A stretch of DNA of 51,350 bases, the filler included, from Jimgerdemannia flammicorona (Eukaryota): assembly GCA_003990765.1 (NCBI GenBank). It is 2 parts of 2 records of this genome, joined end to end, with 100 filler letters (N's around TTAATTAATTAA, not from the genome) between each part and the next. Parts side by side here need not be neighbours in the genome. Positions count along the whole stretch, not along the records: positions 1 to 25,626 come from RBNJ01000810.1; 1 more part is not named here. One strand, given 5' to 3'. The translations under genes were made by a program, and so were the position numbers. This document shows positions 11,762 through 23,500 of this stretch, piece by piece (the stretch's first letter is position 1; every line of letters begins with the position of its first letter). The notes beneath the pieces were generated by a model. It was not told the DNA's origin. It worked only from the letters and a program-made list of their open reading frames with translations, and made no database searches.

Positions 11762-12164
11762 TGTAATGGTTCTAGTTTCTAAATGAGGAAGTGACTAATT
11801 CTGGTGGTCCTAAGTAACTCAAAGAGATACTAAGGATTCAAGTGTTCTTGAAGGATTTCTGAGAGAAAATATTCTGAGACTTTATTCATGAGAACAAAGG
11901 AGATATTTATACAAGATCTGAAAGAAGGATCTGGAAGGATCTGAGAAATCAAAGGAAAATGCCAAGAGGAAAGTTCTCAGCAAAGATGATAAATGATGAC
12001 AAATAAAGTTCTATAAGTTTCCAGGACAATCAGTGACTAACTAAATAAGTACTAGAGGATGCTTGACACCAAGAAAGGATTTCTAAGCATTCAGAAAGTA
12101 CTAGAAGGTTGTAGAATATTGAAGAAAGACAAAGAAAAGAAATAAACTATGCTAAAATGTTACA
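11762..12164 (-). repeat. G1 3' LTR
   Basis: TGTAA…TTACA ends. I count 15 differences from 17387-17789, all transitions. Confidence 0.97.
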
Positions 12165-12179
12165 TCTCTCCCTCCTTAA
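12165..12179 (-). other. G1 polypurine tract
   Basis: Minus strand reads TTAAGGAGGGAGAGA directly before the 3' LTR. Confidence 0.85.
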
Positions 12180-12259
12180 GAATCAATGTCCTCATTGAAT
12201 TCTCAAAGTTACACATAATAAACAATAAGACTAAAAGAAACTTCAAATTAAATATATCG

Positions 12260-12486
12260 ACTCATTGGCAAGAATTGGCCATTCTTATATAAGGTGAGGG
12301 CCAAAGTATCATCTTGATCGGATGAGAACTGGTTTGAACCTCATTGGTTGCAGGATTTATAGGGTTCTCCTGTATCTCTTGCTTCTGATGCTATATCTCT
12401 TAGAGAGCCCTGATGTGTAATGTACTTGATCAGTACAGTAGGTCATCTACTATCTAAGGGGAGAACCTCATGGGCAGTCAATGAGT
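12260..12486 (-). ncRNA. Putative conserved structured RNA element in the G1 3' UTR
   Basis: Closed by an 8-bp stem ACTCATTG/CAATGAGT, has internal hairpins, and shares blocks with 7328-7543. Confidence 0.6.
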
Positions 12487-15400
12487 TCCTTTTTGCTTGA
12501 ACTCTTGGATGAGGTCTTGAGAGTTCTTGAGATTGACAGCAGGTTCCCAGGTGGTGTCATATTCAGGGTAGCCCATCCACTTGACTAGGTATTCTGTATA
12601 ATGGTATCAGACTCACTTGTCTAAGATTTTCTTGACTTCATACTTGATGTGGTCTTCAACTATGACTGATGCTGATGGTATTGGAATTTGGCCAGGGTAT
12701 GGGGGTGACTGGTTCCAGGCCTTGAGTTGTGACTGGGTATATACACATGGTTGTTGGCAAGTTGAGATAGTAAGATCAGGTAGAGACTTGCTTGGTAATC
12801 TCGAAGGATCTAAGGTACTTGGGCTGGAATTTGGCTGACTGGTGGTTGACTTGAGATTGAGCCTTGATGTTGTCAGCTTTGAGTAGAACCATATTACCAA
12901 TGTTGTATATGACATCTTGCCACTTCTTATCTGTATACTTAGCTTGATGTTGCTGAGCCTTTTGCAGGTTCATAGTGACAATCTTAAGAAGGGAATCCAT
13001 TTTGTCGATAAGGTTCTGGGCTGTAGGGACTTGAGTATGACTAGATTGCTGGAATTGAACTAGACTTGCAGGGGTCTCAGGGTTTTGACTGTGAAGTAGC
13101 TAAAATGAGGAAAGACCAGTTAATAATTGGTTGGTATTATTGTAGGTGAACTCGACATAGGTCAGATAGTGGTCCCAATCATCTTGCTCATAAGACACAT
13201 AGTTTCTGAGCATTTGTTCAAGTGTTCTATTCATTCACTCTGTCTGTCCATCAGTTTGAGGATGAAAGGCAGTGGACATAGCAATTTGGGTTCCAAGGGT
13301 CTTGAAGAGTGCTTGCCAGAAGTGACTTGTGAACTTGGGGTCATGGTTGCTGATAATTACTTGGGGAAGTCTATAATGGTGGAAGATAGTCTTGAAGAAG
13401 ATTCTTGCAATTTCTGGGGCAGTGGTATTGGTTGTGGTTGACTCAGCGATTGTAATCTTGGTGAGATGGTCCACAAACACAACAATGGCATCATAGCCTG
13501 TTTTGGTTCATGGGAGTTGCACAATGAAGTCCATTGTGACTTGTTCAAACTTCTTGGTCAGAATTGACAAGGGTTGTAGAAGACTGGCAGGTGCTTAATT
13601 GCTTGACTTGTTTCTTTGGTAAAGATCATAACTTTGGACATACTCCTTGATTTCCTTGAGCATGTTTGGCCAGTAGTAGTCTCATTGGATATTCTTGATG
13701 GTCTTCTCAGTTCCAAGGTAGCCAGCTAGTGGGGAGTCATGGTGTTCATGAAGAATCTTGTACTGTAGTTCAGGGTTGGCAGGAATATATACTTTGTCTT
13801 AATAGTACACAAGGTTGTCCTTGATGGTATACTTTTCCTTGAATTCCTTAGTATTCCTTTGTAGAACCAGAGAGTCTTGTTTGTACACCTTCTTGATCTG
13901 ATTGAGGAATTGAGGACCACAGTGACTTGTAAAATCATGGTAAGGTCAGGTCTCTTTGAAAATATATCTAGTACAACTAGAGTTTTGCCAGGCTTGTATA
14001 TGATGTTTGTGGTAAAAGTCTGAAGTAGTTGGCTCCACTTGGCTTGTTGGCAAGAAAGGGTTGGTTGAGTGTTGATATACTGAAGGGACCTGTGATCGGT
14101 GATCACATTGAACTTAACTCCTTCTAGATAGTGTTACCAGGTCTTAAGGGCATGCATGATTGCCAGGAGTTCCTTTTCATGAGTAGCCAGCTTTTGTTCT
14201 GCTGGGGACAATTTTCTTGACTCAAAGGCAATAGATCAGTGTCCTTGACCATCATCTTGAGAAATGACTACACTAATGGCAAAGTTATATGTATCTGTAG
14301 TGACTGTGAACTTCAAGTTTGGGTCCATGTTTCTAAGAACAGGTGCATGGGTCAAGCAGTTCTTGAGTTCTTGAAAGGCTTGTTGACAGAAGGCATCCCA
14401 GATGTAGGGGACATAGAGGTCAGAGTTGGGTTCCTTTCGCAGGAGATTTGTCAAAGATTCTGCAATGCCAGAGAAGTTCTTGACAAATTGATGGTAGTAT
14501 CCAGCCAGACCAAGGAAGGACCTGAGTTCAGTGAGGTTTGCTGGAACAGGCCACTGTTCAATGGCTTGTATTTTTCTTGGGTCTACTTGAATTCCTTTGG
14601 CTGATACAATATGTCCAAGGTATTCGACTTGATCCTTGTAAAATTCACATTTCTTGAGCTTTGCATAGAGCTTGTTCTCGTGGAGAATCTTGAGGACTTG
14701 TTTGATGTACTTGAGGTGTTCTTCTTCAGTACTACTGAAGATCAGGATGTCATCAATGTATACAAGTACAAAGATATAGAGCTGGTCCTTGAAGACAGTT
14801 TGTATGAGGTCTTGAAAGGTTGCTGGCACATTGGTGAGACCAAAGGCCATGACTAGGAATTTGTAGAGTCCAAAGGGTGTCATGAAGGCAGTCTTGGATA
14901 TGTCTTCTGGCTTGATTCGAATTTGGTGATACCCAGAGGTGAGATCAATCTTGGTGAAGTACTTGGCATTCTTGAGAGCATCAAAGATTTGATCTATGAG
15001 CAGTAGTGGATAATGGTTCTTGACTGTAATCTTGTTGAGTGCATAGTAGTCTATGCACATTCACAGAGTATCATCCTTTTTTTTGACAAATAGGACTGGG
15101 GAGCCAAAGGGTGACTTGCTTGGTTGAATGGCTCCTCACTCAATGAGTTCATTGAGTTCCTTCTTGACTGCTTCAATTTCGAGTGGAGACATGCAGTTCA
15201 TTTTCTTCTTAGGTATAGCTGCATCAGGTATTAACTTGATTTCGTAGTCATGATCTCTTGAAGGTGGTAGACCAGGTAGTTTGTCCAGGAAGACATCCTT
15301 GTACTTGTTCAGCAGTAACTTGATGCTTTCACTAATCGATAGCTTCTTGTCTTCTTTCTTTGGTTAGATCAGTGCCACAAAGGCACAGGTAGCTTTCTTG

Positions 15401-15830
15401 AGGGCCTTCTTGAACTGAATTGCTGAAAGGGTAGCAATTGGGGTTCTTGTCTGAGTCTTGTCTGGCTTGATGGTAATGTTGGCTCTATCTTGAATCAAGG
15501 TGACTTCATTCTTGGTCCAATCAATCTGAGGGTTGTGCCATGTAAGCCAGGGTTTGCCTAGGATCAGATCATGGTCTTCTAGTGGTGCTACCTCGAAATC
15601 TAAATATTCCCAGTATATCTGGATCTTGAGGGGAAGTTTAGTGGCAATTGAGTCAATTGGTAAGGTGGTGCCATCTGCAGTGACAACTTCACCATTCTTG
15701 CTAGCTGGTTTGGTGAGAATCTTGAGCTTGTTGATGAGGTTCTTGTTGATGAAGTTCCCAACAGCTCCACTGTTTATGAGAACATCTAGCTCTTGTCCCT
15801 TGACTAGACCTTTGAAGATGAGCATTGAAT
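12478..15830 (-). pseudogene. pol: G1 pol: aspartic protease, RT, RNase H, integrase, chromodomain
   Basis: LINSGA (D>N by transition) and ILGKPWL; RT with YIDD in 14236..15060; ITDHRSL; HPQTDGQTE; chromodomain YEVKKILDK…YLVKWMGYPEYDTTWEP at ~12545-12645; stop TGA at ~12478. Confidence 0.95.
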
Positions 15831-16280
15831 TGGCTTGGTTCTCGGCTATACTTGCAACTTTATCAGTACTGCCAAAGCCTTTCTGATCTCACTTGATTGA
15901 AGACAGCTTGGTGACTTCTTTGACAACTGGTAGGGTGGCTTGCTCCAGAATGAGCTGTGCAATTCTATCTCCTTCATTGATGGTATATGGCTGGTTCTTG
16001 TGGTTGACTAGCAGGACTTGCATTTCACCTCGGAAGTTAGGGTCAATAACTCCAGCACCAACATCTAATGAGTGCTTAAAACTGAGGCCAGATCTTGGTA
16101 AAATTCTTGCATAATGTTCCTTGGGAATTTCGACTGAAAGGCCAGTTGGAATGAGCTTTCTCTCATGTGCTGGAATAGTGACTTGTTGTACTGCTTGAAG
16201 GTCCAAACCAATGGCTCCTTCTGACTATGTTTGAGGGATCTGGGCCTTGGGGTTGACTCATATGAAATTGAGTACAACTT
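15825..16280 (-). pseudogene. dut: Trimeric dUTPase domain between gag and protease of G1
   Basis: Motifs AIGLDL, IPTGL, PRSGL, GVIDPNFRGE, GDRIAQL and GFGST (past one TGA stop) are all present in order. Confidence 0.95.
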
Positions 16281-17318
16281 CTTGTTCAACTGGTTGACCT
16301 TAGTGTCTTTGGATAGGACCAGGATCCTCTTTGGTTTGGCAGTTTTCTTGGGACATTTGGTTGCAATGTGACCAGGCTGATGGCAAAAGAAGCAGGCTCC
16401 AGCCTTCTTGAGATGCTCCTTTTCCTTGGGTGTAAGCTTGCCTTTCTTGCTCTTGTCGATAGTGTCTAGGTCTACGGGGACAGGTCCACCAGTTCTGACT
16501 TTGGATTTCTCCCTTTTGTGGTTGTTGTTGTTGTTGTTGAAAGGTGGTCTCTTTTGTTCAAAGCGGTGACCATAGGTGATGACATCAAACCTATCAGCAA
16601 TTTTCATTGCTGTATCTAGGTCCTTGGGTTCTTCTAGTTCAACATGAACTCGGGTTTGACCTTTCAGGCCTCGGATGTACTTGTCAACCTTCTTGTCTTC
16701 AGTGATATGTGATAATTCTAGCAGGATTGACAGGAATTATGTATTATATGCTTGCATAGGCTTGAGTTGTTTGACATTTGCCAGACGGTCTCATGCGGCC
16801 TTGGTGCTATTAACTGGTTTGAATTGGCCTTAAATAGCATCAGAGAATTCACCCCAGGTCTTGATTCGGCCAGAGAATCTGATATTCTGGATATGATTTC
16901 ACCACCAGATTGCAGCATTCCCTCGGAGGAGTGTGGTGGCAAATTGGACTAGTGTTGTTTCTTTCAAATTAGTCAGTTCTCCATATTGCTCCAATTGGAA
17001 AAGCCAGGAGTCGGTAGACAGTCCTCCTCTTTGACCATCAAAGGTGTTGGGCTTCTGAGGCTTGATAGTAACTGCTGTTGGATATATTGATATCAGTAGA
17101 GGTGTGGAGGTATGAGCAGGGGCCTTACTTTTCTTTCTTTCTATATATTCTTGAAGTTGAGCAATCTGAGCTAATGCAGTCTGCAAAAGACTCTCAATGG
17201 CCCCATTCGACTGAGTAGGGTTTTGCTGTTCCTCTTCTTCTTGCTGATTGTACTGATTGTATGAGGCATTGTCTGGACCATAGGTACTGTATGAAGGGTT
17301 CCACCCATTGTCCTCCAT
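16065..17318 (-). pseudogene. gag: G1 gag with zinc knuckle
   Basis: ATG at 17318; KPNTFDG, WLFQLEQY and LRGNAAIWW capsid motifs; knuckle CFFCHQPGHIATKC. Confidence 0.9.
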
Positions 17319-17372
17319 AGTGTTGTGACTGATATCTTGGAAGGTGTCTTGATAAGGCTAGGTATAACTTAA

Positions 17373-17384
17373 CCACTACTACCA
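17373..17384 (-). other. G1 primer-binding site (TGGTAGTAGTGG; likely de-RIPed TGGTAGCAG…, initiator tRNA-Met-like)
   Basis: Starts with TGG, 2 nt inside the 5' LTR. G0 has the cognate TGATAGCAGTAG. The tRNA identity is an inference. Confidence 0.65.
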
Positions 17385-17386
17385 AG

Positions 17387-17789
17387 TGTAATGGTTCTGG
17401 TTTCTAAATGAGGAAGTGACTAATTCTGGTAATCCTAAGTAACTTGAAGAGATACTAAAGATTCAAGTGTTCTCAAAGGATTTCTGAGAGAAAATATTCT
17501 GAGACTTTATTCATGAGAACAAAGGAGATATTTATACAAGATCTGAAAGAAGGATCTGGAAGGATCTGAGAAATCAAAGGAAAATGCCAAGAGGAAAGTT
17601 CTTGACAAAGATGACAAATGATGACAAATAAAGTTCTACAAGTTTCCAGAACAATCAGTGACTAACTAAATAAGTACTAGAGGATGCTTGACACCAAGAA
17701 AGGATTTCTAAGCATTCAGAAAGTACTGGAAGGTTGTAGAATATTGAAGAAAGACAAAGAAAAGAAATAAACTATGCTAAAATGTTACA
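17387..17789 (-). repeat. G1 5' LTR
   Basis: Direct repeat of 11762-12164. Confidence 0.97.
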
Positions 17790-18528
17790 GTTTCACACTT
17801 TCTATACAATCCTCACTCTGAAGTCTGGCAATATTGTGTTAAGACTAGAGATGATATTATTTATAATTATTACAGATAAAAAATTTAAAAAAGAAGATGT
17901 ATTTATAATACAACTGATGCTTTTGTTTGATACATACATAATGTTATTTCTATCAACTTCTGTATACTATATAGCCAGAAGTTCAAAATGCTTAGTGGGT
18001 CAACTTTAAATATATATCAATATATAAAAGATAAATACTCTGACAAAATCAAAAAGAATACAGAAGCAAATAAAATTGATATCCAAGCTGTGGTAGATAT
18101 ATTTATCTAATTGCCTGACCAATTCTATATTAATAACTCTATTTAATCAAAAATATTTAACCATATTTTTTTGGTAGAATTTTGAAATTGACTTATTTGC
18201 TAGATTATATATACAGATTAACCATTTACAATCATTATGAGTAATTGGTTGCATAGCATCTTTAGCCTTCTCAAGCATAATTTATATCTGCCAAATACTA
18301 ATACTATTTATAAAGTTATTCTAGAGGCCTATAGAAAGGAGCATAACAATCTTTATCAAATACTTTAGATAAAATAAATAAATAAGAGTAATATTATAAC
18401 TATTATAAGCTTAATTATATATATATATAAAGAGCTCATCAATCATCTCTCTCTGGTACCACTCAGGTTACACAACCTTTGGAAGGTACTTACAATATCA
18501 TTTTTGAAGAAAAGAGACTAGCAACATA

Positions 18529-20548
18529 GTGACCAATAGGCAATCTGAGGTACATACTGGGCAGGGTGACCTAAGCACTTTCAAATGGCAGCAGGCAGGA
18601 AGGGGTCTGGGCCTAGGAGGGGACATAAGAGGGCTGCTGGCAGGAGGGCATGGAAGGGGGAGAGGTACTGGTGGAGGTCAAGGGTCTGGGAGGGCGAGCT
18701 TTGCAAAGGCAGTGAGGGGAAGACAGCAGGCATCAGAGCTGGAGGGCTGGCTGAGAAAGGGCAAGGAGAACGAGCAGATGGCAGGGCATGGGAGAGTAGT
18801 CCTTAGAAGGGGGGGCAGTAGAGTTGGGGGAGTAGTGGCTGTGGGGAGTATGACTACTGATGGTGATGGGACTGCCAATCTGGAAAAAAATTCAGATGTG
18901 ACAGCTGATGGTGAGGCTGAGTGGCTGAGGCTTAGAAGACAAGAGGATTTGGTAGATGGTGTGATGGGCCTAGCAGTGGCCCTGTTACTCAAAAAGTCGA
19001 TCTTGGCATTTGTGGTTATACTGTGCTTCTGGGGCTTAGTGGTGATGGTGAAAATGGTACTGAGGCTTATTGCTAAGCAGATGACAGAAGCCATATCAGT
19101 GAAGTTTTTGAAGGGACTGGAGGGTGTGGAGGTGGGTTTTGAGGAGGCTGAGCCACTGGAGGAGGTGCTAAAAGTTGGGTTGGTAGTTGAGGAGGTATGT
19201 GTTCTGATGGCATGGTGCTTGAAATAGGATCCAAGGGTGGTCTAACTGCTAGTGAAAGGAGTGCCCACAGTGATGGCAGGAGAGATGAGAAAGAGAGTTG
19301 AAGATGTCATGGCAGAATATGAAGAGGTGGTGGATATAGGTTTCAGGGTCTGGGAAGGGACCTCACTCAAAACTAGTGATATGGATGTGAGAATTCAGCT
19401 GGCGGAGAAAGAAGCTACCAGGAAGGTGAGGGACTGGCCTTTGGTGATGGTCTGGGGAGTGATTTTGTGCAAGATGATAAGGGTGAAGAGAAGTGAGGAG
19501 GAGGAAGAGGATTTATTAGAAGTACTTGAAGAATTGAGTGGTGTTGTGGAGCAGCAAGCTAAGGCTTGGAAGGCCTTTGTGGAGTCAATACACTTGGAGG
19601 TGGTAGATGGAAAGTGGATTTGAGTGGACAGGGTGCAGTGGGAAAGGATGAAGGGGTGTAAGAGACAGAGAGATCTGTTGGCTAAACTGAGAGGCAGTCC
19701 ACTGGAGGATGAGGGCAAGATGATGGGCATGGAGGGGGCCAAAGTGAGTGCCTGAGCTGGCAAGAAGAGAGGAAATGATGAGAAGGAGGCAGGGAAGGAG
19801 AAGGAGGTGAGGGTTGGTGACCTGTATGCTGATAGTACCTTTGAGGTTTGGGAGGAGGCCTGGGAGAACTCTCCCATCCCTTCTCCTCTTATCAGGCATG
19901 GCCCAGCTTCCCGAAACAAGGTAGTGGAAGATATGGCAATACAGGGGGCACAAAGGGTGAAATTTGGTGTTCCAGAGGTACCGACTAGGAAACATGTGGT
20001 GGTGGCTAGAGAGGAGGAACTGGTGGATGTCCCTTAGGTGTGAGATAAGGCTGCGAGTGCTGGAGCTGACACCACAATGCTGGACAGAGGGAGGCCAGCG
20101 ACCCCTGGAGGGAAGGAGGTGGGGAATCTACTTTGGATATGCAGAATGATGAATAATCTGGCAGCAGAAGAGTTGGGGGAGGTGGACTTGCAAGTGATGG
20201 GGGATGAGCACTGGGTAAGGATATTGCAGGGGGATAGAGTGATGATGGCACTGAAGGTAGAAATTCTTACAGTATATCTGGAGGAGGAAGGGTATGAGGT
20301 GGACAAGGAGTGGGAGGCAGAGATGGCAGTTATTGCTGGGGAGAGGGCTGAATACTGCTGGAATAAGCATCATGGATTACAGCTTTGGCAGGAGGCATGC
20401 ATTGAGTACCAGGAGGAATTTGAGGAGAAGGCAGATGGGGAGATGAATGAGATGTTGGCTGGATTGGAGACTTAAAGGGCAGAAGAGGAGGAGGTGATGG
20501 CAGAGCATAATCTGGACATGGCACAGGAAGCAATAAATATAGAATAGT
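18529..20548 (+). pseudogene. LINE-A1 ORF1 (Gly-rich N-terminus, SFAKAV motif, acidic C-terminus)
   Basis: ORFs 18529..19227, 19252..19623, 19807..20037 and 20077..20475 share one frame and are homologous to 48271-50260 on the minus strand. Confidence 0.75.
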
Positions 20549-20580
20549 AGAGGTTGACTAATTACAAACCATACTTCATT

Positions 20581-23500
20581 ATAAACAGTACAACCAATAT
20601 TTTTTCTTTGAACATGAATGGGTTATGGAGTGCTGTTAGACATAGGAACATTTTTACTTAGCTGAAGGGATTGGAGGTCGATCTCTTCCTCATGCAGAAT
20701 GTCAGGTGTGAGGATGATTCTGATAGGATAGAATGGACAAAGGAATGGGGAGGCATGGTGATTTGGAAAGGCAAGGTTGGGATTCTGGTTTGGAAGGGCA
20801 GAGGGGAGATACAAGATGTAAGGAACTGGGGGGAGAGGCTGGTCTGGAGTGAGTGGATTTGTGCAGACTGGGAGCCAATTACAGTTGGCTCCTGTTACTG
20901 CTCTGCCATATGGGGTGAGCACATCAATTGGGTGAAGGGTCTTCAGGAGAGTGGAATCCTTATAGAGGCTGGGGTAGATGTGCTTGGGGGAGATTTCAAT
21001 ATGGTTCAGGATATACTGATAGATAGAACCAATAGAGGATGGGGTGCTGAGAGCAGGAGTGGGGGACTGGCAATGTGGGAGGAAGTAGAAAGACTTAGTG
21101 CATTGGTAGATACTGGTAGGGGGTACTGGGGGGATAGAAGGATTTATATGCATTGGGCTGGGGGCCTGGAGACTAGGATCGATTGGATTCTGACAGCTGG
21201 CTACTGGGGAAGAGATGTCTGGAAGTTGCTGGAGGTGGAGTGGTGCCTATGGTTGGATCACTGGGGCCTTTTGGGACAGGGGTGCTTTGGGGGAAGTGGG
21301 GTGGGCCTGGACATTGGTGCCTAAATTCCTCTTTGTTAGATGACAAGTCTCAGTAGAGTGAGTGGGCTAAAATCATTCAGCTGAGGGTAGAGAACTGGTG
21401 ACAGGAGGGTGCTTCAATTGAGGTTTGGTGGATGAGGATGAAAGAGTTGGCCAGGATTTACTAGAGCGAGGCTGGTAAGGAGGTGGGGAAGCAGAGGAGG
21501 TATAGAGTGCAGTGGGCTTCTACTAGATTGACTAGACTTCTGGAGGAGTGGGCAAGACTGGCAATGTTGGAAGGAGAAGATGATTGGAGAGTCTTGAGGG
21601 CAAAGATGGAGGTTGGGGAACTACAACAGGTGCTGAAGAAAGAGGAAGAGGTAAGGGTGCAAAGCTTGATGGCATAGCTTCGTTAGCAGGTGCTGGAGGA
21701 AGGGAAGAGGCCTTCCAAGTTCCTCATGAAGACCCTTAGGGCAAGAAGGGTACAGCAATGGTGGGAAGGGATACTTAACTCGGATGGGGTGCTAGTATAT
21801 GGGGTGCAGGACATTCTTGGATTATTGAAGGAGCAATGGAGTGGATTGCAGAGTGAAGAGGAGGGTGGGGCAGATGCTGATGCCATTGACCAAATATTGG
21901 AGGATTGGCACCTGCCACAGGTAGAGGGACTAGGCAACCTGGTGATACCTGTAATGGAGGATGAGATCCACCAGATTCTTGCCATGACAACCCCAGGTAT
22001 GGTGCCTGGGGAGGATGGTCTGCCCTGGGACTTCTGGAAGCGAATGGTTAGAGTCCTGGGGGTGATAGGAGAGATGATGGCATTGTGTAACTCTATACTA
22101 CAGACAGGGAGATGGGTGGGGGAGCAGGATCTTGGGCTGGTGATGCTGCTTTATAAGAACAAAGGAAGGCATGAGGATTGGAAGAACTGGTGGCTGATAA
22201 TGCTACTGGACATGGATAGAAAGTTGGTAACTGAGGTGGTGGTTGCAAGGCTGCAGAAGGTGGCCCAACAAGTAGTGGGTATTGAGTAGAGAGGATTTGT
22301 GGGCAGTCAGCTCATAAGAGATGGCACAGCCTGGGTACATAGAGTTATTGAAGGGACTAGAGCCTGTGAACTGAATGGATATCTAGTCTTCTTGGATCAG
22401 GAGAAGGCTTATGACCAGGTACAACAAGTCTGGCTGGTGAAGGTACTGGATAGAACAGGGGTGCTATGCCAATTTCAGATAGCAATGGTCAGCCTACTGG
22501 AAAGGAGTAGGGCTGTGCTCATGTATAATGGACATAGAGGGGTAGTGTTCCCCCTGGGTAGGGGGGTGCCCCAGGGGGTCCCACTGTCCCCCATTTTGTA
22601 TGCCCTTTCCCTGGAACCTCTGATGGATAAAATTAGGTAGAGGATAGCAGGGCTCTCTATCTATAACATTGGGTGGAAAGTTGGGGCCTTCATAGATGAT
22701 ATAGTGTTTGGTTTGGGTTTGATTGTCGATGTAGAAGAGCTCAAGAGGATAGTGGAGTGGTATGAGGAGAACTCTGGGGCTAAGTTGAATTGGCACAAGT
22801 GTGAAACAATGGTGCTGGACAACAGACTGGTGGGAGGAGAAGTTATAGGAACAATTGTCCCCACCAGTGAGGCAGTGTGGTACTTGGGCATCTATTTGTC
22901 AGTCTATGGATCGGTTCTGCCCAGACTTTGGTGGGAGCAGAGAATTGACATTTGGGAGGAGGACCTGTGGGGTTGGGGGAGAAGGCACTTTTCTCTGGTG
23001 GGGCGGGTCTTGATTTTGAATGTATATTGGTTGCCGAAGCTGTAATATTTGGCTTACCATCTGGATTTCCCAGCCTGGGTGGTGAAGAGATTGTTGAAGG
23101 TAGCAAAAGGATAGATTTGGGTGAGCAGAAGAAGTCAGATTGGTTGGGAGACCTTATCCCTACTGGTGGCAAGAGGTGGCCTTGGGCTGGTGGATTTTCC
23201 CAAACGACTTCACTGCTTAAGGGCATGGTGGCTAAAGAGGGCAGTGAAATTGCAAGGAGGAAGATGGGTTCCTCTGCTACAGAAGATCTAGGAGAGGTAG
23301 ACATTGCTGAGAGGCTCAACTGGTGATCTCTTCTCACTGGTTGGACTTTGGAATACTGGACTATTGCAATATAGAGGATTCTGGTGGGGGATAGTGGAGG
23401 GGGCACACCACATTGGTATTTGCTGGCAGGGGAATGAGGGGGAGGTGGCTTGGGATCTGGCAATGTGGAGATGGAACAGTTTACTGCTGGGTGGTATTCC

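Larger units (their letters stand above)
11762..17789 (-). mobile_element. Full-length chromovirus-type Ty3/Gypsy element G1 with dUTPase
   Basis: 403-bp LTRs at 11762-12164 and 17387-17789, 5-bp TSD GTTTC (11757-11761, 17790-17794), PBS, PPT and all coding domains present. Confidence 0.97.

Noticed and set aside
12300..12430. Hammerhead or HDV ribozyme in the G1 3' UTR (CTGATG motifs)
   Set aside because: No complete CUGANGA…GAAA core or HDV nested pseudoknot on either strand, and CTGATG is not conserved in G2.
18678..23463. Long Pro/Ser-rich antisense ORFs over LINE-A1 and the other LINEs
   Set aside because: A by-product of the strongly G-rich sense strand; no motifs and not maintained as intact ORFs between copies.
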